Shown piece after piece: positions 36,280-45,953 of a stretch of 57,580 nt of DNA; position 1 is the first letter of the stretch; every line of letters begins with the position of its first letter. Location of the stretch: IMG/VR virus record IMGVR_UViG_2529293084_000006; one strand, 5' to 3'. The notes beneath the pieces are model-generated. The model saw only the letters and a program-made list of their open reading frames with translations. It did not search any database and was not told the origin of the DNA. Origin of the DNA: a virus. Its lineage: Duplodnaviria; Heunggongvirae; Uroviricota; Caudoviricetes. Both the position numbers and the translations under genes were made by a program.

Positions 36280-37775
36280 TTAATTTTGACGGGATCGGTA
36301 ATGACCGCCGTATACCGCTGATTGAGGTTGAGTTTAATAACTCCATGGCTGTCACCGGCACTCCGGCACAGCGTCAGTGTGTGCTGCTGTTTGGTCAGGC
36401 GAGAATGAAAGAGAATGCCGTGGACGGTGCCGGTGTTCTGGATGTTCCGGTCAGGATCACCCGTGCGTCTCAGGCAACAGAATTCTGGGGGCGCGGCTCC
36501 ATGATTGCCCTGATGGTGGCGGAATTTATCGCCATCAATCCTGATGCTGAACTGTATGCCATTGCTCAGGGGAGCGGCACCGGTCAGGCTCAGGCATGTC
36601 TCATGAATATAATTGGCACCGCCTCTCAGGATGGTGTTCTGCACATTTATATCGGCGGTCGGCGTTATCTGCTGGCTGTCACGAAGGGGCAGCAAGGTAA
36701 GGAGCTTATTGACGCTCTGGTCTCTGTTATTAATGCCGATGCTGATGCGCCCTTCAGTGCTTATGCAGGTCAGGTAGCAGATAACGCCAGCGGACTCAAG
36801 GGAAGTATGGGAATTAATGCCCGTTTTACCGGTGAATGTTCCGTACATGATATCCGTGTTAATTATCATGACGGAGAAACCACACCGGGTGGACTGACCA
36901 TTGAACTTGGGTATCCCAAAACAAAAGCCACTAACCCGGATATCACCCGAAGCGTGGCGGGTATGGGCGATCGCCAGTACAACTATGTCGTCATGCCCTA
37001 TAAGGATGATGCAAACCTGAAAATCATCAGTGATGAGCTTCTGAAACGCTGGGGACCGGCCAAAATGTCTGACGGTGTGCTGTGGATGGCGCATACCGGC
37101 ACGTTTGGTGAGGTGCAGGCATTCGGGGCAAAACGCAATGATTTTCTGGCGACCTGCACATTCATTCCCAAAGCCCCTGAACCGGATTACCTCTGGGCAG
37201 CGGCGGTCTGCGCCACCTGTGCGCCGTCTCTGGGGGCAGATCCTGCGCGTCCGCTTCAGACGCTGGCGCTTCCGTCACGCATGGCCCCGGCCCCGGCCGA
37301 TCGTCTGACGCGTGAAGAGCGTAACAGTCTGCTGTGGGGAGGGATTGCCACGGTCAGTGTGGCTGCCGGTGATGTGGTTCAGATCGAACGTCAGGTGACC
37401 ATGTATCGCCAGAACGTGTACGGCGAAAGTGATCCCAGCTATCTGGATGTGGAAACCATCTACACCCTCTCCTGGCTGCGTTATTCCCTGCGTACTTTTA
37501 TCACACAACGTTTTCCGCGCCATAAACTGGCTGATGACGGGACGCCCGTTCGTGCCGGTCAGAATATCGTGACGCCGGAGATCATGAAGCTTCAGTTAAT
37601 TTCGCTGGGTGAAGAGTGGGTGGAACTCGGGCTGGTCGAAAATCTGGACACCTTTAAAAAGAATCTGCTTGTGGAGCGTAATGCGTCAGATCGAAACCGT
37701 CTTGACGTGTTATGCACGCCGGATCTGGTTAACCAGTTCCGCTTCCTGGCAGCACAGATCCGTTTCATTTTGTGA
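36276..37775 (+). CDS. Contractile tail sheath protein (Mu L-like)
   Basis: 499 aa; C-terminus homologous to the sheath at 7937..9433; AAGGAG RBS. Confidence 0.85.
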   Translation: [499 protein letters not shown]

Positions 37776-37783
37776 GGTAAGGC

Positions 37784-38149
37784 ATGAGCGGAAAACAGTA
37801 TCAGGGCACGGCCACTATCCGTGTGAACGGTCAGGAATACGAGACGCTTGAGGGGGCTACATTTTCTCCGTCAGGTTTTGAACGTGAAGTGGTGAAAGGC
37901 GCGAAAGTCTATGGTTACCGCCAGAAACCACGTGAAGCGACACTGGACTGCAAATTTCCGGCAGGCGGAGAAGGTTCACCAGCCGCCGATGAAATCAACA
38001 ACTGGACTGCTGTCACTATCGAGTTTGTGGCGGATACCGGCGAAGTCCACATGATGACGAAGGCCTGGAGCAGTGAACCGGCCTCGCTTGACGGTGGCGG
38101 GGAGATCTCCGTGAAGTTCGCCAGCGCCACCAGTACCCGTGTTCAGTGA
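37784..38149 (+). CDS. Tail tube protein (Mu M-like)
   Basis: 121-aa ORF immediately after the sheath. Confidence 0.75.
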   Translation: MSGKQYQGTATIRVNGQEYETLEGATFSPSGFEREVVKGAKVYGYRQKPREATLDCKFPAGGEGSPAADEINNWTAVTIEFVADTGEVHMMTKAWSSEPASLDGGGEISVKFASATSTRVQ

Positions 38150-38163
38150 TCAGGAAAAATAAA

Positions 38164-38640
38164 ATGACCACACGTAAGAAAAAAACGGCAGTTTCCGAGG
38201 CAGCCGTGATGGAGGCAATCCGGGAAGCACTTGAGGGGGCTGATCCACGCACTGCCGGGCTGACAGAGCAACTGGCAAAGGGATATGTGGATCTGCTTGA
38301 TGGTCTGCCGTTTGGTGAGACCCGTGAATATCGTGTCACGTTCCGGGAACTGACAGCGAAAGACAGTATTGACGCAGAAGCAGAAGCCGAGCGCGTGGTG
38401 GAGACAAACAATGGCCCGATGCTGATAGCGTCTCCGTCGTTACGCGGTGTTGCACTGCTGCGCCGTCAGATTGCCGCAGTGGGAGACATTGAAGGTCCGT
38501 TGTCACCCCGTCAGATTGGACAGTTAAGCGAGCGCGATCTCTCCCGCCTGATGGCAGCGGTCAGCCTGCTGGATACCGCGCTTGCCGGAAAGCTGGCAGC
38601 TGACCGGGGGCGATCAGGCGCAGTGTCGGGATCAGATTGA
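38164..38640 (+). CDS. Putative tail assembly chaperone
   Basis: ORF 38146..38640 trimmed to ATG 38164; lies between tube and tape measure; a 60-aa ORF (38582..38764) overlaps its 3' end in the +1 frame. Confidence 0.45.
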   Translation: MTTRKKKTAVSEAAVMEAIREALEGADPRTAGLTEQLAKGYVDLLDGLPFGETREYRVTFRELTAKDSIDAEAEAERVVETNNGPMLIASPSLRGVALLRRQIAAVGDIEGPLSPRQIGQLSERDLSRLMAAVSLLDTALAGKLAADRGRSGAVSGSD

Positions 38641-38766
38641 AGAAGCGGCAATTATCCTGGGGATGGTGACAAAAAGCGGTCCGGAATGGGCGCTTAACCT
38701 CCCCCTGTCGCAACTTTACCGGCACTGCCGACAGACAGAAAAAATCATCAGAACGAAGCAGTAAGT

Positions 38767-40842
38767 ATGGCCCGAAATCTCAGAGCATCTCTGATAGTTG
38801 ATTTGCTCGGCAATATCTCAGCCAAATCCCGCCAGTGGTCACAGGAGCTGGGGGCATTCTCACGCTCCGGCCAGGCGGGGCTGGGTGGCCTGGGAAATGC
38901 TGCCCGCCGTGCCGGGCAGGAAACAGATGTACTCGGAAGCAGGATGCAGCGCACGCTGGCCGGGGTGCGGGGCAGTATCCGCCATGTCACTTCTGATTTT
39001 GACCGTCTTCAGGGCAGTATTACCGGCACCATCGGGCGGATCAGCAATCTTTACGGAATGCTGGCCGGTGGTGCTGCTGTATATGGCTTTAACCGGGGAT
39101 TTATTCGCCCGGCAGCGGAGATGGAAACCTATATGATTCGCCTGAACTCCCTTTACAAAGGGGATCGGGCGAAAACTGATGATGTCCGCAGGTGGGCAAT
39201 ACAGAATGCGAAGGAAACCACCTGGGGGCTGGCTGGCGTCATGCAGGAATATACGTCCAGTCTGGGCTTTGGTATGAGTGACAGGGAGGCCCGAAATTTT
39301 GTCACCATGCTTCAGGATCAGGGTGCCGTGGGCGGCTGGTCACTGTCCGATGCACAGGGGGCATCCCTGCAACTGAAACAGATGTATGCAAGAGGCAGTA
39401 TTCAGGCAGCGGATGCAAATATTCTTGCCACCTACGGCATTAATGCCTACCGCGTGCTGGCTGATCGTCTGGGTGTGGACCAGAAAGTGGTCAGAAAACT
39501 TGGTGAAAAAGGGCTGCTTGGGCCGGACAGTATTCGCCTGTTATTTCAGACGCTGGCGGAACAGGCCAGGGGAGCACAAAAGGACGCAATGAATTCCTGG
39601 AGTGGCCTGACGGCCATGATGGGTGACGTCTGGGATCAGTTTGCCCGGGATGTGATGGACAGTGGGCCATTTGAAAAACTGAAGGGTAATCTCAGGGGAT
39701 TTCTTTCATGGGTTGACAGTGCCAAATCTGATGGCAGTTACCATTCCCTGGCGGAAAGTACGGCATCAGCCATGAACCAGGGCTTTGAGTATGCCCGTGA
39801 TGCAGTGACAGGGTTTTATCAGGCGATCAGAAAGGTACGCGACACGCTTCAGGCTCTGCGGGATGCGGGCTATGGTGATGCGCTGGATCGCATTGGTCAG
39901 GGGGCACAGACCGCCGCGAAATACCTGCTGTACATGTATCTCGCCACCCGTGCCCTGAAAATGGCGCGGGCTGTCGGAACGGGGATTATACGTCCGGGTG
40001 CTGCATTGCTGGGATACGGATTATCAGCGGCGGCCTTCCTTACCTCACCTTTCCGGCGCTCTCCTCCGGCCGGAACACCACCAGGCACATCTCAGGGACG
40101 AGGGCAACGTTTTATAAACTTTCTTACCGGGGTAAATCCGGCAGCCGTTCAGCCAGTACTTGTAACAAACTGGCCCACAGGAGGACTGTCCGGCACCGGC
40201 GCGACCGATACATCCTCAGGCGGACGTCAGGGGCGGGGCCGCAGGAAACGCGGACCGGGGCGCGGAAGACCGGTCACGCCTCCCCTGCCACCGTCCCCAG
40301 TGCCACCGTCTCCCTCTTCTGGTGGGGCAGGGTTCTGGGGGCGCATGATGGGGCGCGCCGGTGGGTTACTTTCGTCTGTCGGTAGCCGCATGGGGCTGGG
40401 GCGTTTCTCCGGCTTTTTCCGCAGTGCCGGTGGACTGGCCGGCCGGCTGGGTGGAGGTGCCCTGTGGGCTGGCGCGATGGCAGCCCCGGTTCTGCTGGAT
40501 GGCAGCGCCAGTGCCACAGACAAGGGAGAAGCGGTCGGCTCTCTTGCAGGCAGTATTGCCGGTGGTGCGCTGGGGGCGGCAGCCGGACCTGTGGGGATTG
40601 CCATTGGTTCTACGGTGGGCAGCTATCTCGGTAACTATCTGGGGGGATGGCTGACTGAAGCCTGGCAGAAATTACGGGGCAGTGATGATGAAAGCAGTGG
40701 ACAGGCGGTACAAAAAGCCTCTGCCCGTGTGGAGCTGGTTGCCCCGGAAGGGTGGCAGGCTCGCAGTATTGATATTGATGACACGTCCGGTCACGGACTG
40801 GATGTGAATGTCTGGAACGGAGGGAATTATGGCCTCTGGTGA
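38767..40842 (+). CDS. Tail tape measure protein
   Basis: 691 aa; Gly/Ala/Pro-rich low-complexity C-terminal half. Confidence 0.8.
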   Translation: MARNLRASLIVDLLGNISAKSRQWSQELGAFSRSGQAGLGGLGNAARRAGQETDVLGSRMQRTLAGVRGSIRHVTSDFDRLQGSITGTIGRISNLYGMLAGGAAVYGFNRGFIRPAAEMETYMIRLNSLYKGDRAKTDDVRRWAIQNAKETTWGLAGVMQEYTSSLGFGMSDREARNFVTMLQDQGAVGGWSLSDAQGASLQLKQMYARGSIQAADANILATYGINAYRVLADRLGVDQKVVRKLGEKGLLGPDSIRLLFQTLAEQARGAQKDAMNSWSGLTAMMGDVWDQFARDVMDSGPFEKLKGNLRGFLSWVDSAKSDGSYHSLAESTASAMNQGFEYARDAVTGFYQAIRKVRDTLQALRDAGYGDALDRIGQGAQTAAKYLLYMYLATRALKMARAVGTGIIRPGAALLGYGLSAAAFLTSPFRRSPPAGTPPGTSQGRGQRFINFLTGVNPAAVQPVLVTNWPTGGLSGTGATDTSSGGRQGRGRRKRGPGRGRPVTPPLPPSPVPPSPSSGGAGFWGRMMGRAGGLLSSVGSRMGLGRFSGFFRSAGGLAGRLGGGALWAGAMAAPVLLDGSASATDKGEAVGSLAGSIAGGALGAAAGPVGIAIGSTVGSYLGNYLGGWLTEAWQKLRGSDDESSGQAVQKASARVELVAPEGWQARSIDIDDTSGHGLDVNVWNGGNYGLW

Positions 40843-42178
40843 CGGTCGTGGTGCGTTCCGTGGTGTGCCGTTCCTCGTCTGGCGTGAGCAGCGCGAACGT
40901 GGTGGGCGAAACATTGTCCGTCGGGAATATCCGTTACGGGAAACCGGTGGGGCAGACGATCTGGGACCTAAACTGACTGAATTTACGTTCAGTGTACTTG
41001 TGATGGGGGATGATGTTCAGACACAGCGAAATCGTCTGCGTGATGCCCTTCGTGCTCCCGGTGCCGGGGAGCTGCTTCACCCGGATTACGGCACGTTAAA
41101 TGTGCTGATAAACAGCTTTGAAAGTCGTTATAACGCCGCTGAACAGGGCGTGGTTGAGTTCACCATTAATGTCACGCCGGTAAGTGATGATACCGCACCT
41201 GCTGTCACACAGGACACGGCCGCCATTCTGGAGCAGAAGAGTACCACCGCGCTCGGGCAGGTTTTTGAAACCCTGGAAGCGGGCTGGACGGTGATCTCTG
41301 ACGGAATGCACGATGTCCAGGCAATGACCGAAACCATCAGTGATAAGGTGTCCGCCCTGGAAAATGCCGTTTCCGGCATGGGGATTGTACAGGATATCAG
41401 TGCCTTTACTGCCACGTTCACGGCGCTGAAAGGGAATGCCACGGCATTACTGACAGCACCTTCCCGCATGGCCTCATCTTTTGCGGGGCTTTTCAGTGCC
41501 CTGATCACCCTGCCATCGCTGCCGTCACTGTCTTCAGGAGGCCTGAATACCCGGCCCGGTGGCAGTATCGGCCGGACGACATCCGCCGTCTCTCAGGGAA
41601 TGCCGCAACTGTACAGGACATTATCTTCCCTGCGTTACGTGCTGGATGAGCAGGATAATCCGCAGACTCTCATCGGTCTGACACCGGCAGCACAAAAGAA
41701 TATTCGTCTGATACGGGCGGTAATGCAGAGTGCTGCCGTGGTGGCCCAGGCACAGACCGTGGGAAAACTGCTGGATCAGGTTCTCAGTCAGGAAACCCTG
41801 CCGGACAGTGACGCAGCCCACCGTACCTGGCCTGTCTGGCTGGAAAGTTCAGTTGATCTTCAGCGCATTAACCGTGACTTAAGCGAAGCGCTCGAACGGC
41901 AGGTGATGACACTGTCCGGGCAGGGGTATACCGCCACGGCGCTGACGCTTCGTGATGCCAGACTGGCACTGACAGAGGATCTGAATACACGGGGAGTTCA
42001 GCTACCCGGTGCAACAGTAGTGACTGTACGTACCACCGAGCCTGCACTGGTGACCCTGTACCGTGCCACCGGGAACAGTACCGGCTGGCAACGTTTTGTG
42101 CGCCGTAACGGTATTGTTGATCCGCTGTTCATTCCCGGAGGCCATTCAGTGGAGGTGATTAGTGAGCAGCAGGGTTGA
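40808..42178 (+). CDS. DNA circularisation protein (Mu N-like)
   Basis: 456 aa; homologous to 3946..5316; start may be the internal ATG at 40829. Confidence 0.7.
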   Translation: MSGTEGIMASGDGRGAFRGVPFLVWREQRERGGRNIVRREYPLRETGGADDLGPKLTEFTFSVLVMGDDVQTQRNRLRDALRAPGAGELLHPDYGTLNVLINSFESRYNAAEQGVVEFTINVTPVSDDTAPAVTQDTAAILEQKSTTALGQVFETLEAGWTVISDGMHDVQAMTETISDKVSALENAVSGMGIVQDISAFTATFTALKGNATALLTAPSRMASSFAGLFSALITLPSLPSLSSGGLNTRPGGSIGRTTSAVSQGMPQLYRTLSSLRYVLDEQDNPQTLIGLTPAAQKNIRLIRAVMQSAAVVAQAQTVGKLLDQVLSQETLPDSDAAHRTWPVWLESSVDLQRINRDLSEALERQVMTLSGQGYTATALTLRDARLALTEDLNTRGVQLPGATVVTVRTTEPALVTLYRATGNSTGWQRFVRRNGIVDPLFIPGGHSVEVISEQQG

Positions 42179-43286
42179 ACTGTATCTGGGCGGTGAGATT
42201 TTTTCCGGCTGGCTGACGGTGAGTGTTCGTCGCTCTCTTGAACATCTGGCGGGCTCCTTTGAACTGGGGGTAATGATGCCCGGTGTACGCCTTCCGTCAT
42301 CCGTCCGTGCCGGTCAGTCTCTGGAATTGCGCATTGACGGTCAGCCTGTGATCACTGGCTGGCTGGATCAGGTCCGGCAGCGCATCAGCGCCACGCGTTT
42401 TCAGATCACGCTCAGCGGACGGGATAAAACCGGTGACCTGGTGGACTGTTCAGCCATTCATCCGGGCAGCCAGTGGAGGAACCGCACGCTGGAGCACATT
42501 GCTTCAGATTTGTGTGCTCCGTTCGGGGTCACGGTGCGCTGGCAGGTAAATGATGCAACGGCAGCCCGGCCCTTTTCCACCTTCACACTGGAAAATTCAG
42601 AAACCGTGGCAGATGCGCTGACACGGGCCGCGAGACACAGAGGCGTCCTGGTAACCAGTAATGCCGCCGGTGAACTGGTTTTCACTCAGGCCGGCAGTCA
42701 GCGTGGCGACACGCTGACGCTGGGCGAAAATCTGCTGGATTTGGATCACAACGTGGATCACCGTCTGCGCCACAGTGAATACCGTGTACGGGGGCACGGG
42801 CGTGGTGGTGGTCATGCCGGGGATGCACTGACAGCCGGAACGCTGGCCGCACCAGTTGGTACGGTGACAGACAGTGCCATCCACCGTTACAGACCGAAAA
42901 TTGTGCTGGCGGATCATGCTGTTGATGCAGACGGTGCACGCCAGAGGGCTGTCCGGGAAATGCGCCGGGCGGTTGCCCGCTCTGTGCGCCTGACAGCCAC
43001 CGTGCGGCACTGGTTTCGGGAGAACGGCCAGTTGTGGGATATCAACCTGCTGACGGCTGTCACGGCTCCCCGCACCGGAGTGGAAGAGCGTGATCTTCTT
43101 GTCTGTCAGGTGGAGTTTTCGCTGGATGCAAATCACGGCGAAACCACCCGTCTGATTCTGGCACCCCGTGACGGCTTTATTGTTCCGGCAGAGCCGGGAA
43201 ACAGCGGAAGCGGAAATGCGGGTGACGTGGACGCCTTCGTGCGGGCACAGATGAAAAAACAGGGGATTAAATTCAATGATGAATGA
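42162..43286 (+). CDS. Baseplate hub protein (Mu P/gp44-like)
   Basis: 374 aa; intact homolog of the frameshifted gene at 2886..3949. Confidence 0.7.
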   Translation: MSSRVELYLGGEIFSGWLTVSVRRSLEHLAGSFELGVMMPGVRLPSSVRAGQSLELRIDGQPVITGWLDQVRQRISATRFQITLSGRDKTGDLVDCSAIHPGSQWRNRTLEHIASDLCAPFGVTVRWQVNDATAARPFSTFTLENSETVADALTRAARHRGVLVTSNAAGELVFTQAGSQRGDTLTLGENLLDLDHNVDHRLRHSEYRVRGHGRGGGHAGDALTAGTLAAPVGTVTDSAIHRYRPKIVLADHAVDADGARQRAVREMRRAVARSVRLTATVRHWFRENGQLWDINLLTAVTAPRTGVEERDLLVCQVEFSLDANHGETTRLILAPRDGFIVPAEPGNSGSGNAGDVDAFVRAQMKKQGIKFNDE

Positions 43287-43890
43287 CGAAGTCATCAGCC
43301 GCCTTCTGGCCCCCGTGATGCGGGGTGTTCGTCTGCTGTTCGGGCGTGGTGTACTGACCGGCACAACGGACACGCTGAAAATCCAGAATGTGCAAATCAC
43401 CGGTATGGATGGTGAAACCTTTGATGACGTTGAACGCCCCCAGCAGTACGGGCAAATCAGCGTCCCCCTGCCTGGTGCGGAAGTTTTTCTGGCCTGTGCT
43501 GGCGGACAACGGGATCAGGCCGTGGTGCTTGTGGTGGAAGACCGCCGCAGTCGCCCGACCGGACTTACCGCCGGAGATACCGGCGTGTATCACCATGAGG
43601 GGCACCGTATACGTCTGACAAAGAACGGCCGGATCATTGTGACCTGTAAGACACTGGAGATTTACGCCGATGAAGGTGTTCAGGTGGATACACCGGAGGC
43701 TCACTTTACCGGTAATATCACAGTGGATAAGAACCTGCATGTCAAAGGCAATGTGTCCATTGACGGCACCGGAAGATCACAGGGGGCGTTCACGATGTCC
43801 GAAGCGGTTATTGCCGGGATCACCTATTCAGGTCATGTGCATCACGATAACGGTGAAGGCAGCAAAACGGGAGGACCAGAGAATGGCTGA
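43276..43890 (+). CDS. Baseplate assembly protein V-like (Mu gp45-like)
   Basis: 204 aa; homolog of 2338..2886. Confidence 0.65.
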   Translation: MMNDEVISRLLAPVMRGVRLLFGRGVLTGTTDTLKIQNVQITGMDGETFDDVERPQQYGQISVPLPGAEVFLACAGGQRDQAVVLVVEDRRSRPTGLTAGDTGVYHHEGHRIRLTKNGRIIVTCKTLEIYADEGVQVDTPEAHFTGNITVDKNLHVKGNVSIDGTGRSQGAFTMSEAVIAGITYSGHVHHDNGEGSKTGGPENG

Positions 43891-44320
43891 TATTGCTGTC
43901 GTCTGGGATCAGGGTTGTGGTTCCCTGCAACTGAACGGCGCAGATCTTCTGACGGATAACAGCCTGCTGACTGCGGTCATTATTTCACTGTTTACGGACA
44001 GGCGGGCGCTGGATTCCGATGAAATCCCTGACGGCACCCGTGACCGTCGGGGATGGTGGGGAGACAGTTTCCGGGAGCGCCCCATTGGCTCCCGTCTCTG
44101 GCTGTTAAGCCGTGAAAAGACGCTGTCCTCCGTGGTCAGCCGTGCACAGGCCTATGCTGATGAAGCGCTGGCGTGGCTGCATAAAAGCGGTGCTGCCACA
44201 TCCGTGGTATGTCATGCCATGCGTGTGGGGCATGATCGCCTTTCGCTTTCCGTGAAAATCACCCTGCCGGACGGAAGCAGACATCCGATGATTTTTTATG
44301 CTGATATGAAGGGGGAATGA
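43883..44320 (+). CDS. Baseplate protein, Mu gp46-like
   Basis: Track ORF 43670..44320 trimmed to ATG 43883 (MADIAVVWDQ..., GGGAGG RBS); homolog of 1913..2341. Confidence 0.6.
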   Translation: MADIAVVWDQGCGSLQLNGADLLTDNSLLTAVIISLFTDRRALDSDEIPDGTRDRRGWWGDSFRERPIGSRLWLLSREKTLSSVVSRAQAYADEALAWLHKSGAATSVVCHAMRVGHDRLSLSVKITLPDGSRHPMIFYADMKGE

Positions 44321-45402
44321 TGCCTTATCAGCCCTTACCACTGGCGCAACTGATCACACAGACACAACAGGATATCAGCCAGCGCCTGCCCGGTTCGCAG
44401 CCGGGCGTGAATGAAACCACCCTGAATGCCATTGCGTATGCACTGGCGGGTCTGTCAGCACAGGAGCATGAACATCTGGCCTGGATCTCCCGGCAGATAA
44501 TTCCGACAGAAGCTGATGAAGCCGAACTCCTGAAACACTGCGCATTCTGGGGTGTCATCCGTAAACCGGCTTCCCGCGCTGACGGACCGGTACAACTGAT
44601 GCTGACCACGGATGCAGGGATCACGGAAGGCGTACTCCTTCAGCGAAGCGATGGTGTTGTGTACCGCATCACCGGCTCTGCGACCGGAAAAGCCGGAACA
44701 CTGAATGTTAATGTGGAGGCGGAAAGTGCGGGGCGCGCCGGAAATACCCCGACCGGAACCCGCCTGTCCTTTATCACGCCACAGGCGGGCATCAACCAGA
44801 CAGCCACGGTTACCGGCACGGGACTCACCGGTGGTGCGGATGTGGAAACGGTGCCGGAGTTGCTGTCCAGGCTGGTATTCCGGGTACAGAACCCGCCATC
44901 AGGGGGAACACAGTATGATTTTGAACGCTGGGCACGGGAAGTACCGGGCGTGACGCGGGCATGGTGTAAGCCTGAATGGCCTGAGGCGGGTAGTGTTGGT
45001 GTGACTTTTGTTCAGGATAATAACCCTGACATTTTCCCCGGAGAAGGTGATGTGAAGCGGGTGGCGGATTATATCCGCAGTCATGATGATCCGGCGACGG
45101 GCCAGCCCGTTGGTCAGCCACTTGGGCCGACAATCAGCGTGTTTAAGCTGACCAATAAGCCGGTGGCGTTTGAGATCAGGATTGTACCCAAAACGCCGGA
45201 AAATCAGGCTGCCGTAAAACAGGCATTAACGGACCTGCTTTATAACGAATCGCGGCCGGGTGGACTTGTATTGCCTTCATCATTCTGGCGGGCTGTTGCA
45301 GGGGTGAAAGGACTGGAGGATTTTGAAGTTCGCAGTCCGCTGAAGTCCGTGATGGCCGGAGATACAGAGTTGCTGACCGTGGGGGAAATCACATGGCTGT
45401 AA
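44317..45402 (+). CDS. Baseplate J-like protein (Mu gp47-like)
   Basis: 361 aa; homolog of 868..1926. Confidence 0.7.
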   Translation: MMPYQPLPLAQLITQTQQDISQRLPGSQPGVNETTLNAIAYALAGLSAQEHEHLAWISRQIIPTEADEAELLKHCAFWGVIRKPASRADGPVQLMLTTDAGITEGVLLQRSDGVVYRITGSATGKAGTLNVNVEAESAGRAGNTPTGTRLSFITPQAGINQTATVTGTGLTGGADVETVPELLSRLVFRVQNPPSGGTQYDFERWAREVPGVTRAWCKPEWPEAGSVGVTFVQDNNPDIFPGEGDVKRVADYIRSHDDPATGQPVGQPLGPTISVFKLTNKPVAFEIRIVPKTPENQAAVKQALTDLLYNESRPGGLVLPSSFWRAVAGVKGLEDFEVRSPLKSVMAGDTELLTVGEITWL

Positions 45403-45953
45403 CCCTGACCCCGCATCAGCGCGCCCTGTTGCAGTTGCTGCCTGACGGGCTGGCATGGGATAAGCGGCCGTCATCCGTTCTTGCGGCTTTGTGCCTGGGC
45501 CTCAGTCATTCCACGGAGCGTGTTTCCTGGACCGGTAACCAGATGCTGGCAGAACGTTTTCCTGATTCATCCCGTCTGCTGCTGGAAGACTGGGAGCGTT
45601 ATCTGGGGTTACCGGAATGTGATATGACCGGCGCAACCATTCAGGAACGTCAGCGTTATGCAGGGAATAAATACCGGATGAAACCCTCTCTTAACCGTGA
45701 ATTTTATATCCGGTTTGCGGCAGAGTTTGGTTATGAAATAGATATTCAGCCATCACCGGATTCACAGTGGGTCAGTATTGTCACGATAAACAGTGAAACC
45801 GGCTACCGGAATATGAATGTGCTGGATGATATTCTCACCCCGCTGCGTATTTATGAGGGTGGTGCGCTGGAATGTATTCTGAACCGTTATAAGCCTGCAT
45901 GGCAGACGTTTATTTACGTGTATGCAAACAGTCACAAAGAGGAGAATATTTAA
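45393..45953 (+). CDS. Tail protein, Mu gp48-like
   Basis: 186 aa; homolog of 293..877. Confidence 0.6.
   Translation: MAVTLTPHQRALLQLLPDGLAWDKRPSSVLAALCLGLSHSTERVSWTGNQMLAERFPDSSRLLLEDWERYLGLPECDMTGATIQERQRYAGNKYRMKPSLNREFYIRFAAEFGYEIDIQPSPDSQWVSIVTINSETGYRNMNVLDDILTPLRIYEGGALECILNRYKPAWQTFIYVYANSHKEENI

Noticed and set aside
36171-37094. 307-aa reverse-strand ORF
   Set aside because: Antisense to the strongly supported tail sheath gene.
42597-43400. 267-aa reverse-strand ORF
   Set aside because: Antisense to the baseplate hub and V-like genes, which are supported by homology to the second tail module.
43670-43882. N-terminal 71-codon extension of the gp46-like ORF
   Set aside because: It overlaps the upstream gene in another frame; the ATG at 43883 with a GGGAGG RBS is the plausible start.
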